A stretch of 58,485 bases of DNA, counting the filler, from Basidioascus undulatus (taxonomy: Eukaryota), in assembly GCA_000826855.1 (NCBI GenBank). It is 6 parts of 6 records of this genome, joined end to end, with 100 filler letters (N's around TTAATTAATTAA, not from the genome) between each part and the next. Parts side by side here need not be neighbours in the genome. Positions count along the whole stretch, not along the records: positions 19,546 to 29,212 come from JTLS01001225.1; positions 29,313 to 38,974 come from JTLS01001226.1; positions 39,075 to 48,731 come from JTLS01001227.1; 3 more parts are not named here. One strand, written 5' to 3'. The position numbers and the translations under genes are program-made. This document shows, one piece after another, positions 27,095-39,134 of this stretch. The notes beneath the pieces were generated by a model. It did not search any database. It was given only the letters and a program-made list of their open reading frames with translations, and had not been told where the DNA came from. Position 1 is the stretch's first letter; every line of letters starts with the position of its first letter.

Positions 27095-29212
27095 TCACCG
27101 CCGCGCCGCGCCGATCCGCCTCCTCGCGCGCTCCTCCCTCTCGCGCCAATGCGCGCTCTCCCGCTGCAGGCGCTCGTGGCTCTCCAGTCCGTCGCCCGCT
27201 GAGCGCTGGTGTCCCATCCCCACCACCCCACCACCAAGATCCCCAGTCAGTTCGTGATCCGGAATTACGCAAGGTGGACAGATGGAGAGGAAGGAAGGAA
27301 AGGGGGAAGGAAGGAGAGAAAGGGGGAAGGAGGGGAGAAGACGCACAGATAGCTCCTGCAAGATGGACTCGTACGTCGCCGAGAGCCAGACGTCCTTGTT
27401 CTCGCCCCTCGCGAGCCCATGCTCCGCCACGCTCGACACGAGCGTCTCAAGGTGCGGGCGGATGCGGGCCATGCTGTCCTCACACCAAATCAGCCTTCTT
27501 GTTCGCTTTTAGGGGGTGCGGAAGGGGGCGGTGGTGGGAGGTGAAAATAAGGAGACAAATGGGAACGGAAACGCACCTAGAGAACACCATCTCCTCGTCC
27601 TCCTCACTCGCAAGCCCCAGCAACCCTGCAAACAATCTCGCATACCGCCTCGTAGCCCGCTCCGCCTCGCCCTTCCCCACGGCCCTCCGGCCCGTGACGA
27701 GCCCCACCGCGCCGCCGAGGAGCCCGGCTGCCCCTCCGGCACCTGCGACGGCCGCGGACTCGGCGAGGCGCTTGAGCGAGTCGATGAGCACGCCCATTTG
27801 GGTCTGGAACGCCGGCCAGAGTGCGAGGCGCAGAGAGGTGTGCAGGGAGTCGAGCGGCACGCACCCGCGTGCGTGAGAGAGGGAGGAGAGGTGATCGTTG
27901 AGGCGGATTTGGGTGAGGAGGGTAGGCGGAGAGGGGAGGGGACTGGGGAGGCGGAGGAGGTCCGCCTGTGGGGAAGGGTCGGTTCAGTGTTCGGAAGTAA
28001 GAGGAAAAGGAAGAGGAAGAGGGAAGAGAAATAGGAAGAGAGGAGAGACACGCACCCGGACCTGAGCCAGCGCCGGCTCCATCACCATCCCCCACACCTC
28101 CTCCGCGGCCTTCCCCGCGCCCGTCTCCTGCGCGATGCGGACCTCCTCCGGGGACAAGAAAGGCCCGGGGCGCGGTGCACCAGGCTGCAGCGGCGCGGGC
28201 AGGCCGTCGTCGAAGAAGCGCAGGACGAAGGCGTACTCTGTGTGCGCGTTGTCGGCGAAGGTGAGGAGGAGGGAGCGGAAGAGCGCTTCGCGGGGGAGTT
28301 TCTGTCTCCTCACAGGGAGATGGAGTTAGTCTGCGTGGGAGAGGGGACGATAAGGGGACGAACGAAAGTGGGCTGGTCGGACTGATAAGCGAGGAAGACG
28401 CCGGGCCCATCAAGCTGGGCGTACCGCTCCCTTTCCTCGCCCTCCCCCTCCTCATCCACCACCTCCGAGACCCACCACGCCTCGCCCACGCTGCCCGCCT
28501 TCTCCACCCACCGCGCGCCCACACGCGCAACCTCGCGCGCATACCGCCTAAACCCCGTCTCATAGTACCCCCTGGCAGCATTCACATACGCGCGCTGGAC
28601 CTCCCTCGCGGCCCGGTCCGCCCGTCTCCTCAAGAACCCGTAGAACGGGCGCGCGCGAAGGAGCGCGCCCGTCTGGTGGATGGGGAGGTTGGTTGCGATG
28701 GATACGCGGATGGGGTGCAGGAGCGCGAGGAGGTGTGCGCGCGCTTTCTCGGCCGCTTTGATTCTTAGCGCTTCTACGACGCCTTCGACGTCCGAGACGG
28801 CTTTCGCGCCTCCCCGAGCACGCACGCCATCCAGCCGCGCTTCGAGCGCGGCGAGCGCGGGGAGCCAGGCGTCGAGCGTGGAGGGGGACGGGTCGGTGTT
28901 GAGGATTGTGTGGATGAGGGAGGGGGGAATGGCGAGGTCGCTGAGGAGGACGGAGAGCGGGGAGGAGACTGTGCGCCGGGAGCGGAGGCGCGCGTCGAGC
29001 TGAGAGGAACGCGCTTGGAGAGTGCTGATTTGCGTGGAGAGCGAGGAGAGTGAGGTTTGGAAGGTGGAGAGGAAGGCGCGGAGTTGCGTGAGGTGCGTGG
29101 TAGAGGACTGGGTGTGCGGGGAGGGGTCAGGTGAGGTGGGACGCGGGGGGGGGAGGGGAGGGTTGAGCTCGCTTTGAGATCCAACTCACTTTGCTGGGGT
29201 AGCCAATCGCCC
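27095..29212 (-). CDS. VPS52: GARP complex subunit Vps52/Sac2; 5' end lost at the contig end
   Basis: QISTLQARSSQLDARLRSRR...LSDLAIPPSLIHTIL...LRIKAAEKARAHLLALLHPIRVS...REVQRAYVNAARGYYETGFRRY...PREALFRSLLLTFADNAHTEYAF...LRLALWPAFQ...ATRRYA. Confidence 0.9.
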
Positions 29213-29312
29213 NNNNNNNNNNNNNNNNNNNNNNNNNNNNNNNNNNNNNNNNNNNNTTAATTAATTAANNNNNNNNNNNNNNNNNNNNNNNNNNNNNNNN
29301 NNNNNNNNNNNN
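29213..29312. other. Artificial contig spacer (N44-TTAATTAATTAA-N44)
   Basis: Identical 100-nt spacer. Confidence 0.99.
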
Positions 29313-29979
29313 CCCCCTCCCCCCGCGCCCAGCCCTCCGCCGGACGACGAGCAATGTCTCCCTCCGCCTGCGGGAGGGCGCGCCGCCTGCGCTGGACTTG
29401 GCGAGGCTGTCTACTGCGCTTGACGTGCGTTCTCAGTCATCCCTTTTCGCTTAAATCTGGTTTGGAGACTAATGATCCGCATGGACGCACCCTCAGATTC
29501 CGCCCGCACTCCTCGGCGCCGCTCAGCCTTACAGGCCCCCACCCCAGGTTGCGAGCGGCCTCCCGACGAGCCCGCGCCCGCCCGCCATCTCCTCCTCCCT
29601 CTCCTCGTACTCCTCTCCAACGTGCACCTCCTCGGCCCTCCCATCCCGAAGCACCTTCCTCGGCTTCCCCTACCTCTCCAACTCCACCGCACCCTCCGCC
29701 TCACCCACAACCTCAGCCTCCGCAACTTTCGCGTGGCGCGCCGAGCGCGACGCCGCGCTGTTCGGGCTGGAGGCAACGCTCTATCCACCTTCCTCTCTGC
29801 ACTCTTACCAATCGTCAACTTTCACCGTCTTCGCTCCGCGTCGGCCCTGGCTCGCGCTCCTCCGCCCTTCCTCGAATGGGAGCGGCGCCGGCGCGTACTC
29901 GGAGGACGCCGCGACCGAGCGCTCGAGGTGGAGCCAGGCGAGCTGGGCGGGCTCGGACGCTGTTGGGCGGGCGGTATGA
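29313..29979 (+). CDS. 3' part of a hypothetical S/P-rich protein
   Basis: Open frame ...LDLARLSTALD, then an intron at 29425-29496 (GTGCGT, CTAAT branch, CAG), then IPPALLGAAQPYRPPP...AVGRAV* (TGA 29977-29979). No family recognised. Confidence 0.45.
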
Positions 29980-30658
29980 GGAGGGGCTGCACGCGCTGGA
30001 CGCGTGGATGTCCCTCCGCAGGGAGGGGTTTTGAGCGCGGTCGGGTCGACTCTGCGAGTCGGGGGTGATCTTGATGTTGTTGTTTGTGTATCACTGGGTA
30101 GTGTGGTGAGGATTTGTAGAGCGGGGTTCTGGGAGCGGGCTGGGCGCGCTGTGGCAGGGGGAGAAGCGGGAGGGGGAAGGCGCTTCTGCGAAGCGCGCGT
30201 GGAGGAGAACTAGTGGGAGGGTGGGTGTATGCTCATGATCATGCTCATGCTGATAATATGCTTAGAACCATGCGCGTCGTTGGAATTTGCTTTTGGACGC
30301 AGGAAGGTGAAAACACCCACGGCGTTGCGACTGTGTTCGCATGAGGGACTGACCCTTCACACACTTCCGCCTTAACTGCTCCTTCAAACTCTTTCACATG
30401 AGTGTTCTCTTTCAGACCGTCTGAGTTGTTTCAAAATACCGCAGAGAATCCTAGTCGCCTCTTCGAACAGTGAAGCCAAGAGGGAGAAAACCAACTGCGC
30501 CGATTTTCGGGAAAGAAGGCTGTGCTGATTCCATGTCGAGGTTGAAAATGGTCGCCTTTGACTGTCGCCTGACCGGAACGCAAGGCCACGTTTGCTGGAC
30601 GCTCCCCTCCGTCACCTCTTCGCATTGCCTCACTCCTTCAACGCCGATCCTCTGCACC

Positions 30659-31987
30659 ATGTCTGACTTTATCGATGACCTTTGGCTTCACATCTTCGAC
30701 TTCGTCGTTGAGGACGAGACCAAGGAAATCGCACAGGGGCCCCCGAGGATGTCGAGCCCATCCGAGCAGCGCTGGCCAGCAAGTCGGCCATCGCGCTCGT
30801 CTGCCGGAGGTGGAACGTCAGTCTTCATATTCCATTACTGTTTCGGATACACACTGACCACCACCTGACACTTGAATATCCAGACGCTCGCGCGCCCCAT
30901 CCTGCATCGCACTATCTTGCTTGAAACGCTCACCGACATCGACCGCCTCCATCATTGCATCATCGACCAGCAGTCTCGAGAGCGCCCATTCGGCCATCTC
31001 GTGGACAATCTCATCATCGCTATACCAAATTGTCGTCTGCCGGTGACCGGAGACGTCGACCTAGAAGCTCAGATACTGCTCGATCAAACACCGTTGCCCC
31101 GCATCCTTGAGGTCTTCACCCACTTGGGTGGGCTGTGGGTCATACCTATCGGCAAATTCATATCCGACCTGGGACCCGTAGTTATGGGATACCCTTCCGC
31201 GCGCTTGTTCGGACACGTTGATGGTTCTCGTCGTTGGCGAAGCCGCTCCCTCGCTCAGGCTTCTGCCTCTGCTCACGAATCTCCGCAGGCTCCGCCTGTT
31301 CTGCGGGTGGCAGGAGTCTACTTTTGAAGATAAGGTCACACTCTTAAGCTTGAAACGCTATCTTGGGAGACTTACTCGTCCGAAGATTGGCACCCGCTCG
31401 AGATACTTCGCCTGCCCAGTTTGCATAGGCTCCAACTGAGCAATATCAAGTTACTCGACGAGCCTCCAGTACTCGATGAAGTCTTTTTGCTCCTCCAGGG
31501 TGCGGCTCTCGGTTCGTCGAGCTGGATATCCACATGATGCTTGTTGCCGATCTTCAGCAGACCTGTCCCGCTTTGAAGTTTCTTGGACTGAACTATGCGG
31601 ATACAGCTTCCCCTAATATTCCCCTGCCACGTACTATCGAGGTGCTTGTCATTGGCGCTGCCTATGAAGGCTACGCAGCGTTCATCTCTAGCGCCACTCC
31701 GAGACGAGGTCCGCGCCGGTCACCTTCCCGCCTTGCACACCGTCGCGTAACCGCTATCGTTCAAAAGGGAGTTGGCGGTACCCGCCGATGACGGGAGGCC
31801 GGAACTCGCGGATGCCTGTTTTGGATGCTTGCACGCACAGCTCTTGAGCTCCAAGCGCAGGGCATCGAAGTGCAGAACTTCGTGGGTGATACGTTTGGGG
31901 CCTTTGGGGACTGAGTGGAAGGTATCGGGGCAGCCAGTGAGGGGCAGGGCGGTGTACAGAATGTATGACGAAGAATCCAAGTGCTGA
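30659..31987 (+). pseudogene. F-box/LRR(RNI)-like gene with multiple frameshifts
   Basis: MSDFIDDLWLHIFDF, a frameshift at G4C5 30736-30744, then AALASKSAIALVCRRWN|TLARPILHRTILL. Later LRR-like LTNLRRLRL, LPSLHRLQL and CPALKFLGL segments are broken by further frameshifts and stops. Confidence 0.7.
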
Positions 31988-32568
31988 TCTTCTTGAGCTA
32001 TGAGCACATCAGCTAGATTATTGAAGGTGGGGCAGATCCACTTCACTGCTTAGTGTTAACCGCTCGGCACTTTCGATTGCGGAACCTCTCAATGCTCGTT
32101 GCCGCGTTTCCCAACCTCGAAGCTTGGGATGTGCCGACCGGTCTTCGTGCGGCCATGCTCACGGCATAGTTGCTGTGCTGCTCGCCTCTGCACCCATTTG
32201 TACTGGTTGAGTTGTTTCACCAAAAAAGACATCTGTCAAAACTTAAAACCCCACAGAAACATCAGGGCCAGCCGGGAAAGCGTGCAGGGAGTAGTGCACG
32301 CACGACTGTTGTAGCTTCTCGGGTGCAGTGCAAAGGTCTAAGTGCGCCATATTACATCGGACGCGATGAGGAACTTGTGGCCCATTACTATACTTTTTTC
32401 CATAGTCTGGTCTTACACCCTCGAACGAACGGCTTCGATGACACTTGACGTAAAGCGAGTGGATAAACCCGAAACTGTTCCAAGGCCATCAAGGCACGCC
32501 TTACCCCAAAAATGCGAAAAGGCGACAAGGTAATGATATCTCTATACTGGGACAGTTTACAAGGGCAA

Positions 32569-34904
32569 TCAATTCCACAATGAGACCAGGCGACTACGGA
32601 GAGTCGATGGTTTAGCCGCAGCGGCCGCCTCCTCGCGTTCGGCATCAGCCTCGATAGCATGAAGCCCGGTAACAAAGTACATCTGTGGGAAGTGGCGATA
32701 AGAAAGTGGTTCGAGGAATGTCAGAACTAGCTCGTTCGTGAAAAAGATGTCAAAACTTGCCTCGCTAGCTCTCACAATCCTGCTCTTCATCCGCCATTTG
32801 AAGAGGAGGTACATGGTGGCAAAGAGAGCGATGGGGAGGTAGTTGCTGAAGAACGCCGCCGTGTCCCAGTTGCCGGGGCGGAAGACGGTCCAGCCGGAAA
32901 AGATGGTGACGACAGAGATGAGGAAGATGGTCCACCACGCAGCGACGTGGCTGAACCTGCTACGCCAGGGCAGGCTCTTTCGAGAGATACCCTGTGCGCG
33001 CATTCCTGCCCGGAAACGAAGGTAGGTAATCGCAATGCTGAGCCACGTGAGAACACCTGTAAGGTGAGAATGGCCAGTTAGTGCACTGTTTGCGGTGCTT
33101 GGTGGCATGACGGAGAGAGAAAACACGAACCGGATAGCGCCGTCAAGTTGACCATGAAGTTGAAGACGTTCCCCGAGCCTTGGGAGACCCCGAGGTAGGA
33201 GAGGCATCCGATCGCCCACGAGAACAGGACGGCTAGATAGGGAACGCCGTTGCGGGCGGTCCGGTGCAGGATCTTCGGAGCTTGGCCATTCAGCGCGAGG
33301 GAGTGGAGGGTGCGGGAGGTGGTGTACAGGTCGGCGCACCCCGCGCTCAGAGCAGAGGTCAGGATCGCGGCGTTGATGATGGATGGGAGGACCTTGATTC
33401 CCGCGCGTTCGATGGCGATCACATAGGGAGACGCGGCGGCAGTCGAGCTAGTGCCCAAGCGCTCGTGGTCGGAAGGTACGATAAGAGCAACGATGAAGAC
33501 CCTGCAGTATCAGAGAGGTATGCGATGTGCTTTTGGTCAGCATTGGACGAAGAAGACAGTCTCAAGGGTTCTCAAACGGGAACGTTTAGAGTACTCACCC
33601 AAGAACATAAAAGGCGACAACACGGATCCACACAGTTCTGAGGGCCTGCGGAAGGATTTTGCGTGGGTTCCGCGTTTCCGCGGCTGCAAGAGCGAGCATC
33701 TGAGTGAGTTGGTGGAGTAGATCACCTAGCTCTCAGTACCCGTTGGAACATTAAGGATACGGGAAACACTCACTTCAGCGCCGATGAGCGAGAATGCAGC
33801 CTGCGTGAGCACGGCAAAGAAGCCGAGGAAACGCCCGGTAGTCCCCTCAATGCCGAAGTACTGAACAAAAGGTCCCGGATTCCGCCAGAATTGGAAGCCG
33901 ATCGGGGTGCGGTCTTAGTAGAAGGAGCGGCGATACATGGACACGCGGTGTCAGAAACGCTGCAGGAAGTCACCGGGGAAAACAGACATCCGAACTTATC
34001 GGGACCTCCGCCAGCGTCCAGAATGATTCCCATGATAATAAGCCCGGTGATGGTAATGACTTTCATGCTGTTGTTTAGTGTGGGGGAGGAAGTCAGCCGT
34101 ACCTGCAACAAGACGGCACGACGACAGAATGAGCAACTTGCCTTGCAAACCAAAACTCAGCCTCCCCATAGTAGCGCGCGCCGAAGATGTTGACCGCAAG
34201 GACAACTACAAGTCCGCAAGTCATCCAGACGGCCGAGGAGATGGAGGTCGTCCAGTACGAGATGAGCACCGCCGAGGCGGAGATTTCAGCGGCAAGGATG
34301 AACACCCAGCAGTACCAGTAGTTCCACCCCATTGCGGCCTGTTTTGTTTTTCCAGAAACGATTAGCTTACTTAAAGTCCTAACGATTCAGCGAAACTGCA
34401 GCTCACCGACAAAGCCGGATCCACAAAGCGACCTGCCAGGCGGATATGTCCGCCTTGGACTGGGAGGTACGTAACCATCTCGACGACAAGAAGCATGACT
34501 GAGACAGTCACCGAGCACATGATGATATACCCCAGAAGAAGACCTAGAACAATGGAAGAATAATCGAGAATGTCAATCGTGTGTGGTTGACTGCCATCGG
34601 CAAGGGTATTCCTGAAGGGGGGTGGGGGTAGAAGGCTCACCGACTGGCCCGCCGTTCTTCAAGCTGTACCAACGCCGAGAAAAATGCCTGTTCCGATACA
34701 AGCACCGAGCTAGATAAAGTTGAGGTGCCTGGCGTTAAGTTTGCGCTTCAGCCCGCCATCGTTGTAGTCCGCTGGGTCCGTGAAGGCGGCGTTGGGCGAG
34801 GTCTCCGGGCCGTCGTGGGTGACAGGGTAAATGTTGACGGAGTGAGATACGCTGCTCTCTACCTCCTTCGACTTGCGCGAAGCAATTGAGGCCGAAGGTG
34901 GCAT
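32569..34904 (-). pseudogene. Amino-acid permease (APC/YAT family, Dip5/Put4-like) with a nonsense codon and a frameshift in TM1
   Basis: LKRKLNARHLNFI*LGACIGTGIFLGVGTA has TAG at 34710-34712. A 1-nt deletion at ~34661 breaks ALKNGGPV. Downstream motifs are in order: EMVTYLP, RFVDPAL, MGWNYW, YGEAEFWF, AAAETRNPRK, SPYVIAI, INAAILTSALSAG, SRTLHSLA. Confidence 0.88.
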
Positions 34905-35592
34905 GGCGACAGCTGGGGTTGAGTTGCGTTGGGCTGTAGAGGTGTGGGATGCAAGGAAGAGGATGCTGAGTCGGTCTAGAGAGTGTTTTGAAAAGGCTGC
35001 GTAGCTTATCGACTGACTTGTCGGATTCGCTCTCAAATGTGGAAAGGTGTCGTCAGGAGGTGCAACCTTCACGAAACATTCGCCTGCATGCCGCCGGTGT
35101 CGGCCCCTGGATGTCGTGCTTCGCGTGAAAAGCTCCCCACAGAGTCGAGATCAGAATAACGATACACCCCTAATACCCATAACAGGAGTTGTTCTGACTC
35201 GTGCTGGGGCGTGAACGAGCAAAGCGCCGGCAAGCAGCCGAACTAGCAGATGAGAAGAGGCATGCGAAGCAATGATCCCGGCGTCCAGATAAGGGTGTTA
35301 TCGCTTGAGTGCGCACTGTTGATTGGGCTTGAACTTGCTTTAATGCAAACTGTTTCCACGGAGCTCGAACGGAACTTATGCTACCTATGTGGTATGAAGG
35401 GAAGCCTTCGTTCGGCAAGCACGTCGAACTCCCACCTGATCATGGGCGATGCACCCACTCCTCTAATATGCCGGCTGCTGCATGGCGGCTATGGAAGCGA
35501 CATCCAACACGAGTCTGATTTCTCTCCTGGCATTTTTTGCGCCTGCCGCCTTCTTCCTCTTATAACAGTCACTACTTCCCCCGCCCAGCACC

Positions 35593-36764
35593 ATGTCTAC
35601 GCCGAACAGCCGACTGACTGAAGCTGCCTATCAATGTCTCCCGGGCGGCCCACTCGACGTCAACAAAGCCTTCTACGACCAAGTCGCCGCGACTGCGGAC
35701 GACGGTTCGCGTACTCTGGTAGAGCGCTTCGTCCTGCCCATTCGCAGTGGTAAAGCGTGGGAAGTTCCGAAGGGAGCAGTGTGCAGGATTGTTGCAGTCG
35801 AAGGTGCTCAGGTGCGGTTCCACTTCAACTCTCCCGAGCTCAGAATGGGCTTATCCAACCCATGACATACTTTTGCTCTTGCAGGTCGGCGATCTCAACA
35901 TCTTCTCCCTCGCCAACCCTCAGGAGAGGTTGTGGGCGGCCCGCACGCGCCAGCTGCAGCGCGCCCACGTCTCGGTCTACGACCGCCTCTGGTCCAACCT
36001 CCCGTACCTCCGTCCGCTTGTCACCATCACCGGCGACTCGCTTCGGGACTATGGGAGGGACACTGAGGGCGGGCGTGTTCACGACCTACTCGGCACGCGC
36101 TGCGACCCATATGTGAACCGGATGCTGACGGGCGAGGGTGAGTACTCGAAAACAACCTCGACGTGCCAGGGCTGAAGATAAGGCTTACACTGTCGTTTGT
36201 TCTATCAGACTTTGACTATCATTGTCATTCCAACCTTACGAGGGCCATCCTGCCTTGGGGCCTCACCGAAGACATGGTTCACGACGTCCTCAACGTCTTC
36301 CAGTCCACGGGTCTCAACGACAAGGACCAATACTTCATGAAGACGTGTCCTGCAAAGAAGGGCGACTATTTCGAGGTAAGTTCGGGCGTGTCCCGCCCCC
36401 TAGCAAGTCGTTGACATGCCTTATTTGGAGCTCTCAGTTTTTCGCGGAGACGGACCTGCTCTGCGCTCTGTCCACTTGCCCGGGCGGTGATCTTTCAAAA
36501 GCGGTGAGTATTCTGGCTTCATCTTCTGTTTCTGTCATTCTGACTAGGCTTCCGGCGTCGCGCAATCAGATGTGGGGTGAAGGCGCGACCGCTCCCGACT
36601 CCGAAGACCCGACGCTCGAGTGCTGCCGTCCGCTTGGCGTCGAAGTGTGGCGCCTGCCCGACGGCTGGCTCGACCGCGAGGGGTGTAAGGAGCCGCAGCC
36701 GAACGGGGGGCTGTACAAGGGAAATCATGGGCTGAAGGGTACCGAGTGGGCCGACAGGGTTTAA
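35593..36764 (+). CDS. DUF1989 (urea carboxylase-associated family) protein, fungal type
   Basis: Spliced product: FVLPIRSGKAWEVP..EGAQVGDLNIF..ERLWAARTRQL..DRLWSNLPYLRPLVTI..HDLLGTRCDPY..FDYHCHSNL..VHDVLNVFQSTGL..FFAETDLLCALSTCPGGDLS..CCRPLGVEV..YKGNHG. Four canonical introns and an open frame. Confidence 0.92.
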
Positions 36765-37070
36765 ATTTGATGTTCTCCTCGATAACAAGGCATCGAGGTG
36801 GTACAGGTGTGCGAGTGACCGTTTGCCACGATGTGTGATTAGGAGTGTCTGGTATGACTGTGATGTAAGCTCGCCACATCCTGGTACGCGGTCCGGTTAG
36901 CAGCAGCCCATTGTCCTTCCAGTCAGTCTGCAGTGGATACACCGAAAACAAAGTCGCAGCCGAGCCGTTCAAAAAAAGGAAAGCAGGAATCCGTGTCGCT
37001 GATTCCCGCAGCGCCCTCCTCCCATACCCCATCATCCACGCACAAATAACCAAAGCAGGCACTGGGCAGA

Positions 37071-38974
37071 TCAGCCCTGGTCCTCTCCGCCGCCCTCGCC
37101 CTCGTACCTGGATATCATGCCAACCCATCACCATCAACCATCAGACATTCAAACCCAAGAACCAAAGAACCGAAAGGAGGAGGGATGAGAACTCACGCAT
37201 TACTCTTGTGCTTCGGCGTAAACTTCCAGCTCTCCGGCGCAGGACCAAGGAACATCTCCGAGATCTTCACCCAGTCCTGTAGCGTCCCGTCCTCTCTCTC
37301 ATGAGCGCCTGGTCCACCCAACAAGATCCGAGCAAAACGAAAGAAACAGAGAGAAAAGAGGAATAGGGCGACGCGACGCACCTCGCTGTTCGGGCTCGCC
37401 AGCAGCGTCTCGAGCTCGTTCCGACCCCGGAAGTACGGCGGGCGGTCGTTGAGGCGGCCAGGCTGTTTGACGAATCGAATGTGAGGCGAGATGGAGGTTG
37501 GGAACGAGGAAGGGAAGGGAAGGGGAGGGGAAGGCAACGTACCATGCGCTCGAGCAGCCCGATCGGCACGTAGCGGTGCTGGAAGCTGAGCGCCTCGCAG
37601 AAGAAGCGGCGGGTGGTGTTGACCCCGAGCGTCTGCGCGCGAATCAACCCAGCCATCCAACCCGCCATCAGCACCCGGCGCTTCCTTGGCTGCACCACAC
37701 AAGATCGCGCCGCCAGGACTCACGTCGCTCCCCCAATGGTCCATCCCATACTCCGCAAACCGCCTTAGCATTTCCAAGCGCTCTGTGGCGGAAATGTCGA
37801 TCTCGCGGCGCTCCTTGATCTCGGTGCACAGCCACGGCTTGACGAGCGCCCCGCGCGCGAGCATGATCCCGTCCACGCCCGTGCGCTCGACGTTGTCGTA
37901 GTACGCTGAGGCGCTGTAGACGTCGCCGTTGCCGAAAATCGGGACGTAGGGGACTGCGTGGGGGGACATGGTCAGAGGCAGGAAGACGAGAGGAGAGGGA
38001 GATGGGGGGAGGGGATGGCGCACGGTCGTTGTCTGCGATCGTAGCGCGCGTGCTCTCGACGCATCTGCAACCGCACGCAGTTTAGCACTTTCCTTTTTCT
38101 TGTGAATGTCAGCAAAAGAAAAGGACGTACTGCCGGATGTAATCCCAGTTCGCCTCCTTCGAGTACCGCTGTTGCCTCGTCCGCCCATGCAACTACCAGA
38201 CCACCATCCCAACATCCCATCATCAGCACACTCCCCCTCTCCTTTCCCTTAGAGACCCCAGAACGCACAGTCGCAGCTCCCACAACCCCCTCCCTCGCCA
38301 GGCGCTCAAGCAAGTTGTGCGCGGTAAAGCGGTTGTCCTTCACGCCCATGCGCATCTTGACTGTCCATCCACAAAAATCCGCATTCCGCGCACGAGAAGA
38401 TGAGGGAAAGTGTGAACGGGAGTGGGAGAAGGGGAGGAGGACAAGAGGACGCACTGGTGATCGGAATGTCGCCAGTGACGCGATTCAGGCCGTGCAGGAT
38501 CTTCATCAGCTTGCCAGGAGCGTCCATGACTGTCGCATCACCCCCCCCACCACACACATCAGCCTCTCTCCCTTCTCCTCACTCTCTTCTCTCCCAAGGA
38601 CGCACGTGCCGACCCCCCGCCCTTCTCTGTTTCCCGACCCACATCGCAATCAACATCAGTCTCCAAACGCAGTACCCAAGGAAAGAAAGAAGCGGAGATA
38701 GACGCACGGAAGACCAAATCAATAGGGCACCCGCAGTTAACATCGATGAAATCAATGTTGTTCCCCGACAACGCGCTCGCGCGCGCGAGCGCCTCGGCGG
38801 TGGGGACGAGGGAGACGGGCTTGTTCCCGCCTTCATGCGCACCCTCTCCATCAGCACGGAAACCAAAAGGAAGGGAAGGAGGGGAGGGAGGGAGAGGCGA
38901 CACACAGATCTGGACCCCGAACGTCTTCTCGTTCGAGGCGCGCTTGGTGCGGGACCATTCTTCTTGCGAACCTG
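37071..38974 (-). CDS. DUS3: tRNA-dihydrouridine(47) synthase Dus3; 5' part lost at the contig end
   Basis: [122 protein letters not shown]. Confidence 0.95.
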
Positions 38975-39074
38975 NNNNNNNNNNNNNNNNNNNNNNNNNN
39001 NNNNNNNNNNNNNNNNNNTTAATTAATTAANNNNNNNNNNNNNNNNNNNNNNNNNNNNNNNNNNNNNNNNNNNN
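38975..39074. other. Artificial contig spacer (N44-TTAATTAATTAA-N44)
   Basis: Identical 100-nt spacer. Confidence 0.99.
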
Positions 39075-39134
39075 TACCGACCCCTCGTCCCGCTACACCC
39101 CGTTCCGTCAAACCACCTTCATTCCCTTAAGAGC

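Noticed and set aside
34905..35592. Guanidine (ykkC-type) riboswitch upstream of the DUF1989 gene
   Set aside because: I could not find the conserved ykkC-type sequence blocks by eye. An Infernal/Rfam scan would be needed to exclude it fully.
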